DNA of 60,030 nt, from positions 1 through 60,030 of the IMG/VR virus record IMGVR_UViG_3300040815_002799; one strand, written 5' to 3'. The notes below the pieces were generated by a model, which worked only from the letters and a program-made list of their open reading frames with translations, was not told where the DNA came from and did no database searches. The DNA comes from a virus. Lineage: Duplodnaviria > Caudoviricetes. Positions within the stretch are counted from its first letter, which is position 1, and the number at the start of each line of letters is the position of its first letter. The translations under genes and the position numbers were made by a program. Below, piece after piece: positions 28,668-40,600 of the stretch.

Positions 28668-31606
28668 TGGCTGACAATAAATTCAGATATCCTCCAGCAC
28701 CACCAAATGGTGACGACACATTTTCCAAAAATTTGGTAGGATTCCAAATTACAGATGGAGGTGGTTTGACGCAAGGGAATTTTGAATTTAATGATTCAAT
28801 ATCTGAAAAGTCTAACAGAGAATTCGACGTTGGTGTTTTTTCTGAACCTATTACTCTTTCTGATTTACAAATTAAAAATGTTGAACAAGCAAAGATCATA
28901 GCACAAAAAAAATTCAGTGTTTATCCTAATTATGACTTAACAAGAGTTACAAACTTCGCAATGTATGGATCTTTGAGAAAAAGATTCTCATCATCTATAA
29001 CAAAAATAATTAATAATTTTCCAGCAGCAATACAAGTTGATAGAGTCTTTACGGATTACACTACTGGTTATACTGCTTATGATATTGTTTATGATAACAT
29101 TGAAAATGTTACAGAACTTAAAATTGACACTAACAGAATAAAAAATCCATTTGGAATAGACTACTCCAAAAATTCTAAAAGGAATCTTAGTTTGAATCCC
29201 CAAGATACTCACGAAATAAGAAACCTGACAGACAATTACAAAAAATATTCACTGTATTTAAATTCAGATTTCAATACAGAATACATATTAGTTGATTTTG
29301 AACCATCATTATTTTTAAGTGGTGGAGTTATGACAATCTTTGTTAGTGGTAACCCTTTCAATCAACAGGTTAATACGACTACTACCATACTTTTAAAACC
29401 TAATAATTTAGAAACTGAACAAATTTTTACAGAAAAATTTGATGAAGTTGAAAACTTTCTACTGAATAGGAAAATATTACCAAAATACACCGCGGAATTT
29501 CAAGTAATTGAAGAAGATATAAGTGGAAGGTATTTCAAAACAAATAAAAGAGCGACATGGCCAGTACAAGGTTTTTGGAACCTCGACATTATTTCGGAAG
29601 AATATGAAAGATATCTTACTAAATTAAATGATATTGGAGATTCTCTAGATGAATTCAAAACTGATTTGATATCAAGATTTTTGACAACAAGTTCATTCAA
29701 AGATTTCGATACGGATGATCAAAAAATGGAAAAAGTTTTGCAATTGTATGGTAGAAGTTTTGATGAGATCAAAAAATTCATTGATGCTTTGGCACATATA
29801 AATTCAGTTAACTATACAGTAAAAGATGATATACCATCACAATTACTTAAGAATTTATCTATGACTTTGGGTTGGAATACAGACATCTCACCGATTTCTA
29901 ATTCAGACTTTTTGGGTTCTATTTTTAACACAAAAGAAGGTTCGATTTATGAGGGTCAAGCAAAAGATGATACACCTGCAGAATTGAATTATCAATATTA
30001 TAGAAATTTGATCCTAAATTCTGCTTATCTTTTTAAATCTAAAGGAACACACAGATCTTTGGAATATATTTTACGTTTTATTGGTGCGCCAAAAGCCTTG
30101 ATTGAATTTAATGAAACAATATATTTGGCGGACGGTCCAGTAAATATTGACAGATTTAATCAAGAATTTTCTTTGATGTCTGGAGGGACCAAAATTCAAA
30201 CAGATACCGTGTTAAATCCGAATGATGTTTTTTCATTTGAGGGTATTCAATATACCGGTTTTACAACTCAATCGAATATTATAAATGTGGACACAACAAT
30301 TGAAGACTATCCAATTGACGAGTTAGGTTATCCGAAGTCTCCTAAACAAACGGATAATTTCTTTTATGAACAAGGTGCTGGATGGTTTCAAAGAACACCT
30401 CAACACAAATCATTGGAAATTTTAGATATAACTAATTCTACATTTGCAGGACAAAATGCTAATGTGCAAACAACTCTAGAGGCATTTACTTATGGTCAGA
30501 AATATTTGAAGAGATATGAAAGTTTTCCGTATATGAATTTAGGGTTTGGGTTAACTCGAATGATTGATAACCAAAAATCTTGGTCAATTAATGAAACAGG
30601 TCTAAGGGTGAGTAATACGGGCGGATATAATTCTTATTATCAGGTCAGTGATGAAAGATTAGTTTTGAATGCTAAAAATATAGAGGTATTTTTAAATATG
30701 GGTCAAGGACTCGTATATGATGTTTGGGATATGTCCAGAAAAACAAATTATCCAATACCATCATCTGGACTTACAACCGAAGTTCAAAATACTACGGGAG
30801 TTGATAATACTATAATTAATCCCAGACCTCAAGAAAAAACATTCTTTGAATTTGCTCAAACATTTTATAGGAATATAATAAATGTAAGAAATCGACAAAA
30901 TACAAACTACAAATATCCTTCTCTACAACAGATCTATTGGGACTACCTCAATTCCGAAGAACAAGTTAATATACCGTCAAATAAGTACACCTATCAGAAA
31001 ATGATCGATTTTACAAATGGGATTGGTGGATACTGGACTAGATTATTAGAACAAATGGTACCCGCAACTACATTATGGACTGGAGGTCAAAAAATGGAAA
31101 ATAGTGTTTTTCACAGACAAAAAGTAGTATGGAGAAAACAAAGAGGATGTGAAATAGTACCAGTTGTATGTGTACCATGCGTTCTCACGGGTCAAATTTT
31201 TGGATATGATTGTATAACTAAAGAATTAGACTGTGATATTTCAGCTAACCCATCTGAAATACTTAATAATACATTACAAAATACCCTCAATGAGAATAAT
31301 TTGGAGACTGGGCAATGTGATTTAAATTCACTAGTTAGTCAGTGGTATGTGGAAGTACAATTAGGTGAACAAACAATATTGAATGAATTATTTTTTCAAG
31401 GAAATGGATCAAATAATTTCCCGACCGTCGATGAATGGACTAGCGCTGTGGAAGAAAACTTAAACATTTTAAATTCATATGGTCTGATTTATGAATTAGT
31501 TGGTACTATAGTCAATATAAGAAATGCTGGTTGTGATGTACTGTTTGAAGAAGAAAGTGTTTCCATAAACGCTAAAGTAGATATTTCGATTAATTGTACG
31601 GTTTAA
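28667..31606 (+). CDS. Baseplate wedge protein, T4 gp7 / P2 gpI-like
   Basis: LLKNLSMTLGW...YYRNLILNSAYLFKSKGTHRSLEYILRFIG matches the gpI/gp7 'KGT' region; Cys-containing C-terminal domain. Confidence 0.6.
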   Translation: MADNKFRYPPAPPNGDDTFSKNLVGFQITDGGGLTQGNFEFNDSISEKSNREFDVGVFSEPITLSDLQIKNVEQAKIIAQKKFSVYPNYDLTRVTNFAMYGSLRKRFSSSITKIINNFPAAIQVDRVFTDYTTGYTAYDIVYDNIENVTELKIDTNRIKNPFGIDYSKNSKRNLSLNPQDTHEIRNLTDNYKKYSLYLNSDFNTEYILVDFEPSLFLSGGVMTIFVSGNPFNQQVNTTTTILLKPNNLETEQIFTEKFDEVENFLLNRKILPKYTAEFQVIEEDISGRYFKTNKRATWPVQGFWNLDIISEEYERYLTKLNDIGDSLDEFKTDLISRFLTTSSFKDFDTDDQKMEKVLQLYGRSFDEIKKFIDALAHINSVNYTVKDDIPSQLLKNLSMTLGWNTDISPISNSDFLGSIFNTKEGSIYEGQAKDDTPAELNYQYYRNLILNSAYLFKSKGTHRSLEYILRFIGAPKALIEFNETIYLADGPVNIDRFNQEFSLMSGGTKIQTDTVLNPNDVFSFEGIQYTGFTTQSNIINVDTTIEDYPIDELGYPKSPKQTDNFFYEQGAGWFQRTPQHKSLEILDITNSTFAGQNANVQTTLEAFTYGQKYLKRYESFPYMNLGFGLTRMIDNQKSWSINETGLRVSNTGGYNSYYQVSDERLVLNAKNIEVFLNMGQGLVYDVWDMSRKTNYPIPSSGLTTEVQNTTGVDNTIINPRPQEKTFFEFAQTFYRNIINVRNRQNTNYKYPSLQQIYWDYLNSEEQVNIPSNKYTYQKMIDFTNGIGGYWTRLLEQMVPATTLWTGGQKMENSVFHRQKVVWRKQRGCEIVPVVCVPCVLTGQIFGYDCITKELDCDISANPSEILNNTLQNTLNENNLETGQCDLNSLVSQWYVEVQLGEQTILNELFFQGNGSNNFPTVDEWTSAVEENLNILNSYGLIYELVGTIVNIRNAGCDVLFEEESVSINAKVDISINCTV

Positions 31607-31635
31607 AATCTACACTTAATAAATATTTTTATCAG

Positions 31636-31642
31636 TATTTAT
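31636..31642 (+). promoter_or_regulatory. TATTTAT motif, putative late promoter
   Basis: 5 nt before the ATG of the 3842-aa gene. Confidence 0.6.
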
Positions 31643-31647
31643 AAAAA

Positions 31648-34600
31648 ATGGCAGATACAGGTAAAATTCGGTTTAGTTTTCTTTACAGTGATGTTGGTTT
31701 TAATAATCCTTCAGCACTCATTGGTACGAATACTGGTACTGCTAATTCAGATAGTCTCGGTGGTGCCCAAGTTGATGATACTATAGTTATCGGAAATGTT
31801 ACACACTCAATACCTATTGGATCAACAATTGATGGTATTGAGATTTTTACCACTTTGGGTCTTGGTGGTATTCAAAATGGTATAATATATACAAGATTAG
31901 CTTTAGGTATTAATAACCCACCTACTAATTTAATACATTTAGAAGCTGTCAGAGATCCTGTAACAGAAATTACTATAGGTGGACCTACCGATACATTAGG
32001 TTTAACTGGTCTTACCACACAAAATGTATCTAGTTTGAAATTAAGGTATTTAGTAACTTCAAATACCGGTACCAGTAACCTAAATATAACTGGATCAACT
32101 ACTTCCGGTAGTGAATTACCCTCAATTAAAATTTATTATACCCTTCCATCTACACCAACCCCGACAATTACTGAAACACCTGATAAAACCCCTGCCGTTA
32201 CTGCAACACCTGCGACCACACAAACACCAGCAAAGACATCCACACCATCAGTTACACCAAATGAAACTGCAACGCCGACACCTACTGCAGATTATTGGAC
32301 TGTAATTAGTTGTTGTGATGATAGTGAAGGTAACCGTCCTCTTTATAGAATTGCAAAATCTAGTTGGTTTCAACCGGCGAGTGGGACTTATCAAATAACT
32401 AATGATTCAGTCATTCCTGATGGGTGTTACACATTTACCATTGCTTTACCTGTAAATCCTATCTATTTAGGAAATAGTGAATTTGATGGTAGTGCGATCG
32501 GGCCAATAAGTTTGGGGTGTCTTGACCCTGGGCTATGTGCTTGTCCTACTCCTACACCAACCCCAACATTCACTCAAACACCTGCAATTACTTCAACGAA
32601 TACCGTAACACCTTCAGTATCAAAATCTTCAGAACCTCCCTTTGCAACACCAACTCCGACTGAAAGTCGTAATTACGACCCTTCCACTATAGAAAGATCT
32701 CTTTTCTATTTTAGAACAAATGCGTGTGACGCAACAATTTCAGATCCAATTCTAAAAATTTCTGGTACTAGTGATGATGCTAGGTTTATTTTAGGAAAAG
32801 TAGTGACATTTATTGATAACTTAGGTCACAACTTTAGTGCTACAATTTTAGGAATAACTCGACCACATGATGATGCATATTTTGTTCAGACGGTTCATAA
32901 AACTTGTCTAGAGGCTAGAGAATTTATTGATTACTATGATGATGATATTTCGAATATGTCATTTAGGGTTAATCCTTGTGGTATTGTTGAAGTTAAAGAA
33001 ACTTTATTAAATATTACACTTAGTAATACAAATCCACTTTATCCTTTTACACACTTTGATATTGGAGATTCTGGAAGTTGCTACTCGTTCAATTCATTTT
33101 ATAATCCAACTGGAGACACAACCGGTTCAACGGTAGTTAATAAATTTAATTCTTGTTCCGAATGTAAAAGGGTACAACCAACCCCGACACCAACACATAC
33201 TTCAACACCAACTTTGACACCAACATTTACCGTAACTCAGACTCTTACAAAGACACCGGCAGTTACACCTACTATGACTCCAACAGAACAGAGAACAACT
33301 TACGTTGCGGTTAATTGTTGTAATGAAAGTATTGATATAAATGTATCTGCTCCGGTAAATACAAAAAAAATATTTGTATTTTATGACGGTACTATTCAGG
33401 ATAAGAATAAGCTCAAACAAGCTTCAAACCAAGTTCGAGAGTGGTATCAATCATATATCGACAAGTACCAATGGCAAACTGGTAATTTATATGAAACTGT
33501 TATAGGTAATGAATCTAGTGACGCTAATGGTGAAAATTGGTTATGGTGGTCTGTATACCCATATTTAGGGTCTTTAAGTGGTGGTACATTACAAGACGGA
33601 ACAAAAATAAACGAATTTAGAGAAGTCATAAGCGGATCTACATTTATTGAGGGATCATGTGATTCTACCAAATCAACATTCAGATGTGCACCGTTTAAAA
33701 CTCAGGTTAATGACTTTGATATCATTCACCAAAGAATTAACAGAGGTCAAGATCTTGAAGGAGGTACCGGAAATACAGTTTCTAATGGTGTTCCGTTTAG
33801 TCACTTAGACCTCAATCAAAGTCTCAACTCAGGAATTGGTATTTTTGACGGTGGTGAGACAAACTATTTAGTAATTACATTTATTGAAGAGTCTGACGGT
33901 GAGATTGGTATGTATCATGGTCAATCTTCCAGAGAAGAACTTACTACTGAACCATTTGTATTACAAGGTAATGGGTGGGATATTAACAATAATTTAGAAC
34001 CATCAACTAGATTTAAATACGACTATGATTCGTATTTAGAAGTTTGGAATGATATCGTTAATAAATTAAGTGGTGATGTTTCGAATGTAATATATTCGGT
34101 GGCTGATGACCAAGAATCTAATTTCTCATTCCAATTACATAATGTTGCAGCAATCGAAGGTCGAACGATTACTAGTGAAGAGTTCAAATTAAAATATGGT
34201 GATGATATTAATGATGTAGGTCCACAAAATTTAAATTTCGAATCTCTTACAGATACAAACGTATATAATGAACTAGGTAATACAGGACCTTTTGTAAATA
34301 TAATCAAACCAGAACAACAAGTTGGTGGACCAGGACTCAGAAATTTTGGTTTTTACACGGATCCTACTTTAACAGGATGGGGCCAAAGTACATTCATAAC
34401 GACAGTAGGAAACAAAGTTGATTATTTAGATCGAGATGGATTTATTTACTTAGGAACCTGTTACAAATTCCAAAGACAAAGTGCTGTCACACCTATTGTC
34501 ACAATAAATGAAGATGATATCATTTTCAATGTATGTGAAAATGGAGAATGTATACCAAAGTTATGCCCTTCTCCAACGCCTTCGCCCAGTAAAACGATTG

Positions 34601-37600
34601 GTTTTACCCCGACGAACACACCAACCTTTACCGTAACCCCAACAAATTCTTCTACGCCACAATCAACACCTAGAGTAACAGGGACACCGTTATTAACACC
34701 ACCATCTAAGCTACTACCACCTACACACGTAAGGTTTAGGGGTTGTGATTTTACTCTTCCATCATACTACTATCCTTATGCTGAATGGTTAGCAAATGGT
34801 TCACCTCAGTACATATTCTTACCTGGTGGAAATGGATACACCTTTTCAAATGGTTCTGCAGTCAATATTACCTTCCCACCAAAATGTATGCAACTTATCA
34901 ATACTAATGTGATAAGTGGGTCTGGTATGTATCCAGTACCGGACGAAAGTTTTATCAGATGTATTGATTGTGAAAATTGGGTTGCAGATAATGCACCAAC
35001 ACCTACAACCACACCAACTCAAACCCCAACACCATCATATAAATGGATCACATTTGGTAGATGTTGTGACGATGTACTGTTTAGATTCCCGGTAATTCAA
35101 TCTGAACTTATATCCTTATTCCCCAATTCAGGATTTTATTATGATGGTGATTGTTACTATTGGAAAAATTCAATTGATGGTCTTCCAGGTACAGTTATTA
35201 ATTATCCTGTTAATGACCTTTCAGGTAGTGGATCTAATCCATTTTGTGATTCATCTACCTGTTCTACATATGCACCGTGTCCGACTTCAACACCAACACC
35301 AACACCTACACTTACAGTAACAGTAACTAATACATCCACACCACCGGTTAGTTACTACAAAATTAATCCAAGATCTTGTTGTGAACAAAAATACGAATTC
35401 CCGAACGGTCTCTTTATTAGTGACACAGTACCCGAGGGGTATGTGTTTGTTTATGAAGGATCAGAGTATCCAAGTTTAAGTGGAAAATGTTTCGAGGCGA
35501 TATATGATCCTAATGTAAATCCTACTGAATATGTTTTAATTTCAGAAACAGAAACTAGAGAAAGATGTGAACAATGTGACGAAATTCGTGGAGAATCTTG
35601 TCCTACCCCTACCCCTACCCCTACACAAACTATCACGGCGACTCCGGATATATGTGCTGACCAAGATATTGTAATATTAATCGATCAGTCAGGGAGTATT
35701 GGAAGTCAAAGTAATTTTGACTTCTTGACTGATGGTGTAATTGAAATCGCTAATTCACTGGAAACTAGAATGGATGCTGGTGAAGTCCAACTAGCGGCTT
35801 ATAAGTGGTCTAGTTGCTCGATTGATAAGATTGAACTTTTATCTGATCTGACTTCGAATCATACCGATTTCGTAAATGCAGTAGACGGTACATCTTGGGA
35901 TCTTGGATTCACATACGCATCTAAACCGTTAGAACTCGCATATAATTTACTTTCTGGTAGTACTAACACAAATGCTAGAAAGAATATCATATTAATAACT
36001 GATGGTGTACTCTCAGATTTTGATACGATACCTAGTTGTACTGAATTAGATGATCCGATTTACACGACATCACAATTAGCTTCTTTATTAAAAATTGGTC
36101 AATACGGAAACGGAGAAGAAGTAAAAATTTATACGGTTAATGTTATAAATGGTAGTAATAGTCAGTTAAATTCATTATCATCAGGTGATGATTATCAGTT
36201 TTATGCTAGTTCATTTGTTGATTTCGAAAATGTTACATCAAATTTATTAGTTGATAGAGTATGTAATATTAAGCCTGATTTTGGTGATACTTCATATTGG
36301 AGAGCAGACTCGTGTTGTAGTTCTAAAACGATAGTAGTAGCCTACAGTGGTTCACCCAACTCAAATGACGGGTTTATTTTTAATGGTGAATGTTATGTAA
36401 TATCTGGTCTATTATCATCTGATTCTGTCCCAGATCATACAATTTTAAGTACGGACATAATAAGTAATGCATGTTCTAATACTGAGCTTTGTTCGTGTGG
36501 TAGAGTTTTATATTTCCAACTAGAAAATTGTTGTGATCCGAGTGATGTCATTACTATTGGTTATACAAATGGTTCACCAGTATTAAACTCCGGAATAGAA
36601 TACGACAAAAAATGTTACAAGTATGATGGAAGACCAGGTTTTATTGATGATTCAGTTGTAATATTAGATTCTACAGTACTAGATGTTTGTAACACTAATG
36701 GTTGTATTTGTCCATCACCTACTCCTACTCATACTGAAACTCCGACACAGACAGTTACTCCAACACATACGATTACGCCAACATTTACAATAACAAATAC
36801 TCAAACAATTACTGAAACCCCGACTTATACTCCTACAAATACCGATACACCATCGATTACTCCAACCTTCACACCTACACATACAATTACAAATACACTA
36901 ACGCCAACTCCAACTTTAACAAGACCGACAAATTTTGTTATTTACGAGTTATCTGGTGTATGTGAAAGTACTACACTAATTTTATTTGTCAGTGATAATG
37001 TTCAAGTAGGTAATTTTATCGAGTATAGTGGTAAGTGTTATTCAGTCTTAGGTTATTCCACAGATATTCCTACGGATACTCTAAATGTAGATAATAACGA
37101 AATTTATTTTACTGAGAATCAATGTACGAGTAAATATTCATGTGTTACACCGACACCGACACCTACAAATACCGTAACACAAACACCAACAATTGATAAT
37201 ACGCCTGATGTGACACCCACACAAACACAAACTTTGACGGCTACGAAACCTACTGTAGTTGCCACAATCCAGTCGTGTTGTAGTGGAGGTACTACATACC
37301 AAATCTCTGTCGTACAAGGAAGTACTATAGGTCAATCATTATTGTATAGTGGATCTTGTTTTAATATTATATCTCTACCGGAAGGTCCTACAACTGGTTT
37401 AGTATATTATGATTTACCTTATTCTGATTGTACTTCATGTGCAAATGCAAATGGTGTTTGTCCCACAAACACCCCAACGAAAACTCCAGAGGTTACTTTA
37501 ACACCTACGTTTACGCCAAACCTAAGCCCCGCGGTTACCTCTACACCAACACAAACAAAACCAATTGATGCTTGGTTAGCTAAAAATTGTTGTGATGGTA

Positions 37601-40600
37601 ATGATACCTTATATGTGAATCTTCCTGAAAACCCACAAAAAGTTTATGTATTTTATGACGGAACATTCTTAAATGATTCGCAATTGAAATCCGCTTCTGA
37701 AAATATCAGATCATGGTATCAAGGTAAAGTAATTGATGATGAATTAGCACCAGATTTTCTTTATGAAGGTGTAATAGGTAACGAAGACAATAACGGTGAA
37801 AATTGGTTGTGGTTTGCATCTTACCCATATCTTGGATCATTATCTGCAGGTACAGTAAATGGTAATCAAATCAAAGCGTTTGGTGTAGATGGTGAATCCG
37901 AAATACATAGTAAATACGATGCCAGGTGGTGTTCTTCTGACGACAATGGAAAATGTGTACCAAAAACTCCATCATTCAACCTGAGTGAAACAGGGGTCAC
38001 TGTAAGTGATATATATAAAAGGGTCACGTTTGGATACCAATTAGAAGGAACTTATGGTGTAAATGATCCTAGATCAAATGGTATTCCATTTACTCCAGAA
38101 TCTGGACAGGAAGATACTTTTGAAACTGTTTATGGTAACTTCGCTGGTGAAGAGACAAATTATATTGTCATAATTGTTACTAATCAGAGTAGTGGAGAAG
38201 TGGGTCTTTACCACGGTTCTACTTCTGATGAGGGAGGAGGTTCTGCTAGAAAAAGTGATTTATATAATCATGGTTTTAGATTAGATGGTCAGGGTTGGCA
38301 AAATGAATTGACGGAACTTTCAGGTATTGGTCAATATTTTGAACCAACAGATAGATTTACACATGATTATGAAACATATTTAAAGGTTTTCGAACAAATA
38401 AAAACAAGTGGTGGTACACCTAATGTATTTGTATATCCAGTCTCTGAAGATAAAAGAGAAGTAGTTCCATTTACACAACATATTGTTGCGGCAGTAGAAG
38501 GTGGTGTAATAACTGACGGTGATTTCGAAACAAAATATGGATCTTCGATTTATAATGTTGGTATAAATAATCTAAGTTTACAGGAATTAACAGAAAATAA
38601 TCCGTATTCGGCACTTTCATTAAATCAGACTTACCTTGATCTAAATATTAGTTATCAGAAAGGTCCAGGACTCAGAAACTTTAACGTATTTGTTGATCCA
38701 AATGTTACAAATTATTCATTAACTAGTATAACTAGTAGTTTGGATAAATTGATTGATCAAGTAGGATATCAAAGTGGATACGGATTTATTTATGGGGGAA
38801 AATGTTATTATATCGATTCCCCAACAAATGCGGTCCCTACTCATGAGCCTACATCTTCAGATATAATTAGTAATATTTGTAGTTATTCAGGTTGTCCGAC
38901 TTGTATCCCACAAGGTTGTTATTCTGGAATTACGACTGGTGTTGAACATTCTTATTATGATTGTTGTAATGGAGTATTAATCACTGGAACGACCGCTGGG
39001 AACAATGTGTGTATCAACACAGCACTTCCTTATAGTGGTGTTGATGTGACAGGTCTGAATCCATGTGTCCCAGATTGTCTTTCAGGTTTTACAGTTACAA
39101 CAGCAATCACAGGAACTTGTGAAAATCCAGGTCAAGGAATTATATCAATTCAGGCAAATGGTGGTCTTCAACCATTTACAATAATACCTCAAGGACCATC
39201 ATATCCTACATTAACAGGATCACAATTATTTGATCAAATAATTATATATGAAAATTTATCACCCGGTGTATATGGATTTACGGTAAATGATTCTAGGGGA
39301 GGATCTACATTTGTGTCATTATCCGTTGATGGATGTGTGACTGTAGAAATTTCACAAGTAACAAATACGACTTGTGGATTAAATAACGGATCCTTTACAG
39401 GCCAAACAAATGGGGCTAACTTACCACTAGTAGCTCAAATCTACAAAGATGGTAATTTATTCAATACTATAGATGTAAGTAATGTTCAATTTGTAGTAAC
39501 AAATTTATCGCCAGCATCTTATGAAATAAGATTATTTGATACTTTTGAAAATTTATTAGCGGAATCTGGAACAATTACGGTAAATGATTCTAATAATATA
39601 ACCTATGACTTGATTCCATCAGGAATTCCACAATGTAACATAACGGGAGGAACTTTAACTGTTAGTAATATTATTGGGGTTCCTCCATTTACCTATTCTT
39701 CATCCAATGGAGATACGGGAACGACAAGTGATACTAGTTTTATATTAAGTGGGTTCAGTCAGGGATCACAAAGTATATCTATAACAGGATCAAATGATTG
39801 TTCTTTATTTAAAAATGTTATCTTTACAGGAATTGGATTGGTAAATCTGGTCAATCCAATTATTTCGAATAATGTTTGTCTAGAATGTGACGGTTCAATA
39901 ACATTCAGAATTACCGGTGGAACTGCTCAATATCAGACAAAATTAGATCAGGGTGACTTTATACAACAAACTGGTCATACAGATGAAAAATTATATTCGT
40001 ATACTGGTATTTGCCCTGGAAATCATACAATTACAATAAAGGATAGTTTAGGGTGTACCTCTAATGGTTACAACTTTACTGTTCAAGATACTGGTGGATT
40101 GAATGGGGTTTCAATTAGTACTACTCAACCTTCTTGTGGTAACCTAGCGAGTTTCGATATTCAAATTAGTGCTGAATTTACACAGAATCAGACATTATTT
40201 AGATTTTTTGGTATATGTAATCAAATCGGTGATAATGTCGGAACAACAGTATTCGATCAAGTATCATTCAATCCACAATATCAAATAAATAATCTTTCAC
40301 CTGGTGAATGGTCAATAACTGCTGGAACTATAAATAACACAACCGATAAGGAGTTTATTTGTCCATATAATGAGTTAATAAATGTTGAAGATATAGGTGC
40401 ACCTTTCCCATTAATACTCGAAGGGACAAATACTAGTTGTGGTCAAAATAACGGTTCGATTGTAGTTAGATTATTTAATAATTTATTCGAATTATTAAAT
40501 GGATTGATAGCGGTCCCAGTAGATTATTTTATTTACGATGAAGCGGGTAATATTATATATCAAAAAATTAATACAGGTGATGCTCAAATAACCGTAAATA

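Noticed and set aside
9028-37335. Other short overlapping ORFs on either strand nested in the major genes
   Set aside because: Fully overlapped by well-supported genes, with no motifs or initiation signals; expected by chance.
33364-38775. Inteins as the explanation for the two inserted domains
   Set aside because: No Cys/Ser start with a His-Asn end, and no LAGLIDADG-like motifs.
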